Below are positions 10,553 through 19,153 of a DNA stretch of 64,000 bases, one piece after another. This DNA is from Spirochaetales bacterium (GTDB lineage Bacteria > Spirochaetota > Spirochaetia > SZUA-6): assembly GCA_027021365.1 (NCBI GenBank), contig JALUUM010000009.1, forward strand, positions 537-64,536, in the 5' to 3' direction. The notes below the pieces were generated by a model, which was not told the DNA's origin, did no database searches, and worked only from the letters and a program-made list of their open reading frames with translations. Position 1 is the first letter of the stretch; each line of letters begins with the position of its first letter. The translations under genes and the position numbers were made by a program.

Positions 10553-11992
10553 CTACTTTCCCACACAGAATCTTGAAAATATACTATTCAATATTTCTCC
10601 CGTTGTCACCTCGCCTGTAATCTCACCAAGGCACCCAAGAGCTTCGTTAAGTTCCACCGCTGCCACATCGAGAGGCTGCCCCTCTTTCAGGGCATTGCCA
10701 AAGGCCTCGACCGCCCTGCAGGCACCATCGAGGAGTTCCTTCTGACGCAGCGAATCGATTACGGGCTCTCCCCTCTTCACGGAAACGCCTGCAAGCACCC
10801 GGTTTTCTATCTCTTCTACGAGCTTTTCAAAACCCTCACCCGTTACGGCGCTTATGGGAATAAAACCTTCCGGAGGATTCTCGCCCGGTTGGAGGAGGTC
10901 GCTCTTGTTCCATACGGGAATTACTCTCTCTTCGATTCCTCTCCGGTGGAGGAAACCCTGGTCTTCTTTACTCAAGCCCTCCTGGCCGTCTACGAGGTAA
11001 ACAATCAGGTCGGCTTCCCTTATCATTCTGTCACTTCTTCGGACACCCTCCATTTCCAGCGGGTCATCGCTCCTTCTAAGCCCTGCGGTATCGAAGAGCC
11101 TGACCGGTATGCCGGATATCGTTACGTTTCCCTCTATGTAATCGCGTGTGGTACCGTGTATCTCCGAAACGATGGCCCTCTCCTCCCGGAGGAAGAGGTT
11201 GAAGAGGGTGGACTTGCCGGCATTGGTTCCGCCTGCGAGGACAATCGTTATACCTTCCTGGTAGAGCTTTCCCGTTCTGTAACTCTTTCTCAAAAGATCC
11301 AGTTTCTCACGAACCCTTGAAGCGTCATCCAAGAGCTCTTTCTCTATCACTTCCGGCTCTTCATCGATATCGTCCTCGGCATAGTCCAACTGCAACTCAA
11401 CCGAGGCTGCCATCCTCTTGAGGATACCCTTAACCTCATTTATCCTCTCCTCTATGCTGCCGGAAAGCCGTTGAAAGGCAAGCTCTCTTGCTGTATCTGT
11501 CTTTGCCCTTATAAGTTCATTAACAGCTTCTGCCCTTGTAAGGTCCAGTTTGCCATTCAGGAAAGCTCTCATGGTAAACTCGCCCGGGCTTGCACTTCTG
11601 AATCCTCTCTTAAGGAGAAGATCGAGAATCCTCTTTATAATGGGAAGCCCGCCATGGCAGTATATTTCTGCAGCATCCTCCCCCGTATAGCTCTTGGGAG
11701 CTTTGAAAATGGCAATCATAACCTCATCTATGATTTCCCTCTTTTCGCTCTCGCCCTTGAAATCCGGATCATAAATGTATCCGTGAATCAAGGAGTATCC
11801 CCTTGCTTTTGACAGTTTCGTGTCTTTACTATCTTTCTTCTCTTTGCCGCCACCCGAAGTAAATAGCTCATCGAGTATTTCCAGTACACCCCTGCCCGAT
11901 GTCCTTATTACGGCTATTGCACTCTCTCCCCAGGGAGTTGCCAGTGCTGCTATAGGCTCTTCGATATCATATTTATCATAGTCACCCTTCAT
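10553..11992 (-). CDS. mnmE: tRNA modification GTPase MnmE (TrmE)
   Basis: IAALATPWG, YTGED, GEFTMRAFLNGK, GxxNAGKS, GTTRD, DTAG and terminal FCVGK. Start probably MKGD at 11992. Confidence 0.97.
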   Translation of the reverse strand: MKGDYDKYDIEEPIAALATPWGESAIAVIRTSGRGVLEILDELFTSGGGKEKKDSKDTKLSKARGYSLIHGYIYDPDFKGESEKREIIDEVMIAIFKAPKSYTGEDAAEIYCHGGLPIIKRILDLLLKRGFRSASPGEFTMRAFLNGKLDLTRAEAVNELIRAKTDTARELAFQRLSGSIEERINEVKGILKRMAASVELQLDYAEDDIDEEPEVIEKELLDDASRVREKLDLLRKSYRTGKLYQEGITIVLAGGTNAGKSTLFNLFLREERAIVSEIHGTTRDYIEGNVTISGIPVRLFDTAGLRRSDDPLEMEGVRRSDRMIREADLIVYLVDGQEGLSKEDQGFLHRRGIEERVIPVWNKSDLLQPGENPPEGFIPISAVTGEGFEKLVEEIENRVLAGVSVKRGEPVIDSLRQKELLDGACRAVEAFGNALKEGQPLDVAAVELNEALGCLGEITGEVTTGEILNSIFSRFCVGK

Positions 11993-12116
11993 TTTCCGTA
12001 TTCCTTGTCTGGTTTCCTCTTCTGCATCTTTTTGATGCAATATTATCACTTCAGTTGTTAAAATACTCAATATGGTAATTGAAACAAAGATGAAATATAA
12101 GTATTCTCCTTAAACT

Positions 12117-12572
12117 ATGAGTGATACAAATTTCACCGGGATGGATCCCAAGAGTGCTAGAGAGTATCTATACAACTATCTCGTCTCCCTCAAAAGGGAA
12201 GAGCGGGCGATGGAAGAGCTTTCAAGAGAACTCGAAAAATGGAAGAGCCGGGTAGAGCTCGCAGTTTCAAAGGGAGATGAAGAACTTGCAGGGAAAGCCA
12301 GGGAAAGGGTTGTCGAAATAGAGGAAAGGTTATCTCGAATGAAGGCCGATACAGAGGAAATGAGGCTGAAAGCTTCTGTGATGAAGGATAATTTGAGAAT
12401 GCTCTACCACAATACCGAGCCGTCCGTAGATGCGGAGAAACTTCTGGCAGAGATGGAACTTATCGTTGGCAAGAAGGACAGCCTATCCGATGAGATAAAG
12501 AAGATGGAGGCGGATGACATTCTTAAGAAATTGAAAGAGAAGTACGGTGAGGGGAACAAAAAAGAGCAATGA
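12117..12572 (+). CDS. PspA/IM30-like short coiled-coil protein
   Basis: KWKSRVELAVSKGDEELAGKA resembles the PspA hairpin (W...A.LA...G.EDLA..A). The C-terminus is ADDILKKLKEK. Confidence 0.6.
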   Translation: MSDTNFTGMDPKSAREYLYNYLVSLKREERAMEELSRELEKWKSRVELAVSKGDEELAGKARERVVEIEERLSRMKADTEEMRLKASVMKDNLRMLYHNTEPSVDAEKLLAEMELIVGKKDSLSDEIKKMEADDILKKLKEKYGEGNKKEQ

Positions 12573-13351
12573 GGGAAAGCTGGGAGACTTTTTACAGAAG
12601 CTTTACATGGGAGAGGAGGATTACCGTATTCGGACACAGGGGAGTATCCTCCGAGGCTCCCGAAAACACGCTTGCTTCATTCAGTAAGCTACTGGACTAC
12701 GGGATACCCGGCGTTGAACTCGACGTAATGCTATGCGCAACCGGTGAGATCGTTGTTTCACATGACAGCAACCTTAGAAAGGTAACAGGTATAGACCGTG
12801 AAATCGAAGATACTCCGCTTGAAGAATTAAGGGAGTACGATATAGGTTCATGGTTTTCAGGGGATTTCAAGGGGGAGAGGATACCACTCTTCGATGAAGT
12901 GCTGGAACTCCTTGGCAACAAGGTATACTACAATGTGGAAACAAAGACGGAAACTACAAAGACAGGAATACTGGAAGAGAAGGTTATAACAACGATAAAA
13001 AGACACGGCCTTGAAAAAAAATGTATTCTATCATCCTTCAATCCCCTCTCGCTCAGAAAGATTCATCAGATGGATCCTGACATCCCAATTTCCCTTATAT
13101 ATTCAAGGAGTAAGAGACTTCCATTTTACCTTCGCCATGGTGAAGGAAGGTTATTCACAAAAAACCTTTTTATACAGCCTTACTATAAGCTATTGAATCC
13201 ATTTACAGTATTTCTTCACAAGAAAATCTTTGGCAACCCTATAATAGCATGGACCATCGATTCATCGGAGGAAGCAAAAAAAGTTGCCCGCCTTGGTGTG
13301 GCGGGCATTATATCCAATAATCCTACAGAGATAATTGCTGCACTAATGTAA
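12569..13351 (+). CDS. Glycerophosphodiester phosphodiesterase
   Basis: GHRG, PENTLASF, VELDV, SHD, NVETK, SSFN and AWTID motifs. Confidence 0.93.
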   Translation: MRESWETFYRSFTWERRITVFGHRGVSSEAPENTLASFSKLLDYGIPGVELDVMLCATGEIVVSHDSNLRKVTGIDREIEDTPLEELREYDIGSWFSGDFKGERIPLFDEVLELLGNKVYYNVETKTETTKTGILEEKVITTIKRHGLEKKCILSSFNPLSLRKIHQMDPDIPISLIYSRSKRLPFYLRHGEGRLFTKNLFIQPYYKLLNPFTVFLHKKIFGNPIIAWTIDSSEEAKKVARLGVAGIISNNPTEIIAALM

Positions 13352-13353
13352 CC

Positions 13354-14880
13354 TCATTGCAGCTTCCGGGCTATTTCTTTCCCCATATCTTCTCCCAGCT
13401 TGTGAAATGCAGTGACAAGTGCGGTGGAGACCTTGTTTCCTATTGCGCTCTTTGTCCTCTTGACACTCAGGAGAATTTCACCGTCAGAAAGGTTTACCAC
13501 CTTGACATTACCGGTAACCTTTACCACTGTAACATCCTTGTCCTGTTCATAGCCCGATATCTTTGCATAGCCATATATCACTCTCTCTATGTTCTTGAGT
13601 TTTCCCTTTTCTGCAAGTTTGGAAAAGATGTCCAGTACCTCGCTATTACTCTTTCCAATGAGCTCTCCCCTTTCGAGGGGAAGCGAGGATACCTTGAATC
13701 CCTCTCCTGAAAGTATATCGAGCAAACCGTTTTCCGTCTCATTCTGTTCTATCAACTTACCCGATGCATCAGTATCCGCAATACTGATACCCATGGGAAT
13801 CTTTCTCGCCATCGACTTCGTCGTAACGGTAAAAACAACCTTCTTGGAGAGCGCAGCCTCTTCCAGTCCGTCAACCAGGCCCTGGTATTTTGCAGGAACA
13901 CCAGTCAGATTTTCGAGGTACTGGGAAAGATCCAGATACATGGTAACCTTCTCACTCCCTATAAAGGTCGGAATAGGGTGGTTGAATGTCACTACTCCGT
14001 TCTCATCGCTCTTCAAGGAGAGACTTTTAATTCGCTTTCTTCCCGTTCTCGTGACCTCTGTATAGGATACCCTTACCAAAACATTGGCGATTCCTCTGTC
14101 CTCGGCAGTTGCACCGGCAACGACCTTTGCCTTTATCGGCTCGGGGAGAGGTTTCCCCACGTATCCCTCTATATTGTCATTCAACTTCACAAGGTTCAAG
14201 CGTGCGATAACTTCCTTTGCACTGTTGATATTTCTCTCGAATTTCACATCCGCATTTTCAATATCCGATTTGAAAGCAGCCGATGAGGCCTCTATATACT
14301 TCACCGCCGCCTCGAAGTATTTCCCCTCAGTTTCAAGTTCCTTTGCCTCCCTTTCTGGCCCGCTAACCGCTTCCACCTTTTCCTTGAAGAGTTCTTCCAG
14401 CCTCTTCTTCTCTTTAAGAAGATCATTCCTGTTGTACCGTACGAGGAGGTAAACGGTAACGGCCTCTCCCCTTCTCTCGATCCACCTGTCTGCAACCTCA
14501 AGTCCCGAGACCCTTCCGGAAGAGGTGGACTTAAGCTGCTGCACGACATCGGCCTGAAAGGAATCGAGCGATCCCTTAGCCGTTGCTGTTGTCTCCGAGG
14601 TTATCTTTACCCCCAGATACTTCATTATCTCATCGATCACGACACCTCTGGCAATCTCCTCTCCCTTAGCCAGGTCTCCTGACTTGCTTGAGCCCGAGCC
14701 TGTAAAATAGAAGTATTCATCATCGCTCATTGGCGGATTGAATACCCAGTCGGGCGGGGCCTCTGCCTTCCTGGCGGCTGGCTTGGTGGCACAACCAAAA
14801 AACCCGCCCATAATGAGTATTGCCAGAATCGAAACAGTAAGCATAACAGCTAATCTGGACTTTAAGTCATCTCTCTTCAT
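13354..14880 (-). CDS. LPP20-family lipoprotein with additional Ig-like and CsgG/FlgT-middle-like domains
   Basis: Lipobox FFGC, a PPDWV...YFTGSG...A...IDEIMKYL LPP20 pattern, an SDENGVVTF Ig-like segment and a C-terminal VKVVNLSDGEILLS strand. Confidence 0.65.
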   Translation of the reverse strand: MKRDDLKSRLAVMLTVSILAILIMGGFFGCATKPAARKAEAPPDWVFNPPMSDDEYFYFTGSGSSKSGDLAKGEEIARGVVIDEIMKYLGVKITSETTATAKGSLDSFQADVVQQLKSTSSGRVSGLEVADRWIERRGEAVTVYLLVRYNRNDLLKEKKRLEELFKEKVEAVSGPEREAKELETEGKYFEAAVKYIEASSAAFKSDIENADVKFERNINSAKEVIARLNLVKLNDNIEGYVGKPLPEPIKAKVVAGATAEDRGIANVLVRVSYTEVTRTGRKRIKSLSLKSDENGVVTFNHPIPTFIGSEKVTMYLDLSQYLENLTGVPAKYQGLVDGLEEAALSKKVVFTVTTKSMARKIPMGISIADTDASGKLIEQNETENGLLDILSGEGFKVSSLPLERGELIGKSNSEVLDIFSKLAEKGKLKNIERVIYGYAKISGYEQDKDVTVVKVTGNVKVVNLSDGEILLSVKRTKSAIGNKVSTALVTAFHKLGEDMGKEIARKLQ

Positions 14881-14932
14881 CGAGGTCTCTCCATATATTG
14901 AAAATCGAGGAAAATCCCGCTGGAATTCGGGC

Positions 14933-15568
14933 TTATAGCTTTTCCGATTCTATAGCCTTTTTCACCCTTTCCCTTGCAGTTTTCTCATCCTCGCTCTTCG
15001 GCTTTATTCTCTTGTCAGCCTCTTCCAGCGCCCTCCTTATCGCACTATCTATCTGTTCCTTTGGCACATAGTAGAGGAGATAGTACTCATAAACCTCTTC
15101 CACGGAACCATCGGCACCGACCTTTCTGATCTGCCACCAGTACGAGGCCTTCTTTCTTGCTCCCGAAAACTGAGCCTTGGATATGCTCTTCACAACCTCT
15201 TCCATGTAGGTTTCCAGCTTGTCCTTGTCGCCCGCTGCGGCACCTACGAACTTATCCTTCACCTTTGTAGAAACAACTCGGGCAATCTCGGAAGCCGCAA
15301 CGAACCCGCGTGTCCACAGTTTGAGCCCGTCCAGGTCTTTGCCAGACTGCTGAAACTTGAAAACGTAGTAATCCTTTACGTTGCTCGCTAATTCTTCTTC
15401 ATCCTGGAAAACCCAGTCTGGCGTCTCTCTTGCACCATGGTACTGGTCGTCAATGATTTCAGGTTTTGCCTCCTGAATCATCTCCGGCTTTTCAACCTTT
15501 GGCCCCCCCATACAGGAAGCTAACAGGATAACCGGAATTAAAATCACAATCAATGCTACTCTCTTCAT
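14933..15568 (-). CDS. Spirochaetal lipoprotein (LPP20/P22-like)
   Basis: Lipobox LLASC, TPDWV motif and FSGARK..YWWQ...YEYYLLY.VPK. Confidence 0.6.
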   Translation of the reverse strand: MKRVALIVILIPVILLASCMGGPKVEKPEMIQEAKPEIIDDQYHGARETPDWVFQDEEELASNVKDYYVFKFQQSGKDLDGLKLWTRGFVAASEIARVVSTKVKDKFVGAAAGDKDKLETYMEEVVKSISKAQFSGARKKASYWWQIRKVGADGSVEEVYEYYLLYYVPKEQIDSAIRRALEEADKRIKPKSEDEKTARERVKKAIESEKL

Positions 15569-15606
15569 CTCTCCTCTCCTTACAAGTAATTTTTGTCATT
15601 CAAGAT

Positions 15607-15657
15607 CACAATGGCAACACAATGGCATCGCAATCGAATCTACCGGCATCTACAGGC
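15607..15657. repeat. Two adjacent short tandem duplications
   Basis: cacaatggca at 15607 and 15618; atctaccggc and atctacaggc at 15638 and 15648. Confidence 0.7.
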
Positions 15658-16963
15658 CAGAATCGAAGGTCACACTCTTTCCCCTCAAAAGCACCTGCTC
15701 CATGTTTTCGAGCCCCGGTATCTTTTCCGCCACGTCATAAATGATATCCACCAGGTCCTCTATATACCCAATATAATACACCCTGTACTTCGTTTCTTCA
15801 GCACTCTGTGAAATAGTTCTGACACTTTTTACCCGTGCTTTCAGTTTTCTCCTGAAAGTGCTCATCAGCCTGGAATCGGGTGTATTCTCTATTATCACTT
15901 CGTAGGGAATTCCATTCTGCAACGCCTTGGCCATGTACGCCTTTGCCTGGTTTATCGCAATGGGCATCGCCTTGTAAACACTGGTCTGGATTGCATTTAT
16001 CCTTGCAGCCCTCTCCGATGCCGTACTGAAGGTTTTGGGACTGTTCCACGGCACCGATCCAAGCAACCTTCCCGTAGAAGCCTCGAATACCTTAAGGGTA
16101 ATGCTGGCCTGCCCGTAGTACTTTCCACCCCTGCTCTCCCCGCTGGTAATCCCGTCGATTTCAATATACACATCCGCATTTAGTTTCTGGGCTATCCACT
16201 GTATCATTGATATCGACTCACCCGTCTCCTCCTCGTACACCTTTCTCTGGTCCTTCTTAAGCTCGAGAACCTGGTTCAGGTCCACAGCCTCCAGTGAATG
16301 GGAGGCAAGGTACTCATTTGCAATTCCCACTGCCGCCTTCATGTAAAAGGGATCCTCTTTCGATTTCTCGTTGAAGTAAACCATGTAGGTCATATTGTTT
16401 ACGTACTTCTCGATTATCCTTCTCTCTTCAGGAGTGACCTTTTCGGCAGGTGGCGGACTGATTTTTGCCGCTCCGGCCGCAGTCTCTCTCTGGGACTGCT
16501 CTCCAGCCGTTTCGGTTTTCTTTTCTCCCGTTACAGGTTCCCCGCCGAGAATGCCATTGGCTTTCAGGGTGCTCCTCACAGCATCCAGGTTTACGGCAAC
16601 TTCGCACTCTATTACATAGTCACCGCCTATCTTGTCCTTCCTGGTAGTCCTGTATGTATCGGTATATATGAAAGCATTGGGATTACTCGAATTGTACAGC
16701 ACCTCATCTAGACGCTCCCTGTTGGCCTGTTCGTTTGCAACACCTATCATCTCTATCACGGCCTTGCGCACCGCATCCATCTTTGCCATGCTTATCGCTT
16801 CTATGAGCGAAGAACTCTTTCCGCTTCCCTGATATACCTTGGCCGCAGGTGCTTTCTTCTCCGCCGGTTTGGCCTCCTCAGTGATGCTTACAGAGGCCGT
16901 CATACAGGAAAAGAGCAATATACTGAAGGCCAGTAAGCTTATCATGAACACTATCTTTTTCAT
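15650..16963 (-). CDS. Lipoprotein with FlgT-N-like and DUF6175/CsgG-like domains
   Basis: Lipobox LLFSC after the start MKKIV (AGGAGG RBS), AKMDAVRKAV..MIG, ADVYIEI and LKVFEASTGRLLGS. Confidence 0.6.
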   Translation of the reverse strand: MKKIVFMISLLAFSILLFSCMTASVSITEEAKPAEKKAPAAKVYQGSGKSSSLIEAISMAKMDAVRKAVIEMIGVANEQANRERLDEVLYNSSNPNAFIYTDTYRTTRKDKIGGDYVIECEVAVNLDAVRSTLKANGILGGEPVTGEKKTETAGEQSQRETAAGAAKISPPPAEKVTPEERRIIEKYVNNMTYMVYFNEKSKEDPFYMKAAVGIANEYLASHSLEAVDLNQVLELKKDQRKVYEEETGESISMIQWIAQKLNADVYIEIDGITSGESRGGKYYGQASITLKVFEASTGRLLGSVPWNSPKTFSTASERAARINAIQTSVYKAMPIAINQAKAYMAKALQNGIPYEVIIENTPDSRLMSTFRRKLKARVKSVRTISQSAEETKYRVYYIGYIEDLVDIIYDVAEKIPGLENMEQVLLRGKSVTFDSGL

Positions 16964-17024
16964 TGGAACCTCCTTGAACAAGCTCCACGGTAGATGCCGA
17001 CGGTTATTGGCATCCAAACTTATT

Positions 17025-18320
17025 TCAATACTTCAACATAAAACCCAAACCGGCAAACAATCCTCCGTAAGTTGGTTCGGAAAGCCCGAGCCACTTCAGA
17101 TACCCGATATCCACTGCAATTTTCATGTCCCTCGACAACAGGTATGTAATGGTAATATTTCCCTGCCCCCCTATATGCGTGAACCTGAAGTAATCTCCCC
17201 TGAAGGGAATAATTCCACCGACCCCTGCCGCAATCATCGGTACGAACTGGAAACGCCAAAGGTACCAGTTCATTTCACCGCCGATATAAATATTGGTGGG
17301 AACTCCATTGTATCCTAGGCTCAAAAAGGGGACTTCCAGACCAACCTGTGGCCTGAAACGGTAGAATCCCCTGGAGATACTCTGCCTGAAACCAACAAGC
17401 CCAACGAGTCGTCCGAATATGTCCATGGAAAGGTGAAAGTAGGGAGTGGTATCGAGCCCGAAGCGGGGAATCTCCCTTACCTGGTCGCCAATGTTCAATT
17501 TTCCTTTTGAATACACCACATGCGCCACGGATACCTCGTCACTCACTTCCTTCACGATGAGAAAGGCCTTTTCTTCGGTAAACTTTCTTCCCGAAGAGAG
17601 AACCCTCGTAGTTAAGACGGAATACTCGTCACCAACCTTTACTCCCATGTCCCTTCCGAACTCGATAATTACATCCGAACCGTTTATCTCCACTATGCCG
17701 GTCTTCAACTGGAACTCGGGAATCTTCCTTACCTCGAAGGTAAGGGAATCAGGAATACTCTCCACGGCATCCCTCACTGCCTCGTTGGGATTGTCATCAT
17801 ACCCCTCTGTTTCTATGTTCACCGTTGAAATTGTCCTGATATTTTCCACGTCGATGAATGTGAATGAGGTTTTCAAAACACACTTGTAGTTGCCAAGCCG
17901 TTTTGCTGCCGATCTTTCCAGGCTGAAGTATGTAACAGAAGGTATGACCACGATGAATGATCCAATAAGACGGTTCATATCTGCCTGGGTAAAGAACTCC
18001 TTACCCATTTGTACCTTCTCGGGTATCTTCACATTCTCTTCTTTGAACTGCTTTATCTTTTCTATGAAAGTGTTAACATCACGGGTCCCAAGGCGGTAGT
18101 TCATACCAATTACATTGAATCTGCCCAGATTTGTAAATACCCCTCGTATCTCGGCATCGATACTCCCAAGCACTCCCCTTGGAATATTCCACTGGTAATA
18201 GCTAAGGTTGAATACGGCTATCTCCTTCTTCTTGTATACCTCCTGTGAGAACAAGAGACCACTTGTTACCAGCAACAAGAAAATCAGAGAAAGTGACTTT
18301 TTCATTTCTGCATCCCTCAT
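17025..18320 (-). CDS. Exported protein with CsgG/FlgO-like N-domain, FlgT_C-like domain and C-terminal beta-barrel
   Basis: Signal peptide, KKEIAVFNL, FTFIDVE, VIIEFGRDMGVKVGDEY (FlgT_C-like) and amphipathic strands ending GLGFMLKY (aromatic terminal residue). Confidence 0.6.
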   Translation of the reverse strand: MRDAEMKKSLSLIFLLLVTSGLLFSQEVYKKKEIAVFNLSYYQWNIPRGVLGSIDAEIRGVFTNLGRFNVIGMNYRLGTRDVNTFIEKIKQFKEENVKIPEKVQMGKEFFTQADMNRLIGSFIVVIPSVTYFSLERSAAKRLGNYKCVLKTSFTFIDVENIRTISTVNIETEGYDDNPNEAVRDAVESIPDSLTFEVRKIPEFQLKTGIVEINGSDVIIEFGRDMGVKVGDEYSVLTTRVLSSGRKFTEEKAFLIVKEVSDEVSVAHVVYSKGKLNIGDQVREIPRFGLDTTPYFHLSMDIFGRLVGLVGFRQSISRGFYRFRPQVGLEVPFLSLGYNGVPTNIYIGGEMNWYLWRFQFVPMIAAGVGGIIPFRGDYFRFTHIGGQGNITITYLLSRDMKIAVDIGYLKWLGLSEPTYGGLFAGLGFMLKY

Positions 18321-18364
18321 GCAAAATTATAACACTATGAAGGATTTTATCAAAGCATTAATTT

Positions 18365-19150
18365 CTACATACTACGCCAGAATTTGTAGTTGTTCTTCTC
18401 GATATCCTCCGGCTTGGGCAGAGGAAAGAATTTGCTCTCCTCCTGCGATGCGAACATAAAGCCGTGCCTTAAACACCTGTAGGACATACTGTTCAATGAG
18501 CTGTACAGGCTCAAGCCCTTGGTCTTCTTCTCCGGATTGTCCCTCACCTCGTATATCGCATCCTGAAGCTTCTTCGGGTGAAGTGTCGCTATGGGAATAC
18601 TTACAAAGGGATTTTTCTTGTACTCCTTCAGAAACTCATCGATATCGAAGTCTATCTGGGTATAGAAAATCTTCGGTGCTCCCTTAGGGTTCTCGGGGTC
18701 TGTTATGAACTTCCCGAATTCAACGAAGTTGTAACGCGTAAGGACAAGCATCTTTAGAGGATCGATTTCAGCGAATATCCTTAACCTTCCCTCCTCATGG
18801 GGTGCCGTATGCTCTGCAGGGGAAAGTTCCAGTGTTGCAGCATCCGGCGTTGTGAGGTAGAGCTTCTCTATAGCATCGAAATCTATGTGCTCCAGGACCC
18901 TGTAGGAAGAGATGAATTTCGTAGCTTTGGGCCTGCCATCCTCATGCGGGACAAGGCCTTTCAGTCCCTTCTCTATATCGAAGTAAGGATGCCTGAAATT
19001 GATATCCAGCATGGCAAATATCACCTTCCCCTCGTAATGACGTGAAGAACCCGCCACATAGTGCTTTGCGAAGTTGAAAGGCGAAAGCTGAGAGGCAATC
19101 AGTGCCGAATCCGGATGTAAGACAAGATAGAGATAATTCTTGTATTCCAT
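18365..19150 (-). CDS. Conserved hypothetical cytoplasmic protein
   Basis: 261-aa ORF starting 3 bp after the hppA stop. It has an internal two-fold repeat ([15 protein letters not shown] / [15 protein letters not shown]; SSYRVLEH / MSYRCLRH). Confidence 0.8.
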   Translation of the reverse strand: MEYKNYLYLVLHPDSALIASQLSPFNFAKHYVAGSSRHYEGKVIFAMLDINFRHPYFDIEKGLKGLVPHEDGRPKATKFISSYRVLEHIDFDAIEKLYLTTPDAATLELSPAEHTAPHEEGRLRIFAEIDPLKMLVLTRYNFVEFGKFITDPENPKGAPKIFYTQIDFDIDEFLKEYKKNPFVSIPIATLHPKKLQDAIYEVRDNPEKKTKGLSLYSSLNSMSYRCLRHGFMFASQEESKFFPLPKPEDIEKNNYKFWRSM

Positions 19151-19153
19151 TTC

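Noticed and set aside
7974-12116. Replication origin near gidA/gidB
   Set aside because: No dnaA, rnpA, yidC, jag or parAB, and no cluster of TTATCCACA boxes seen.
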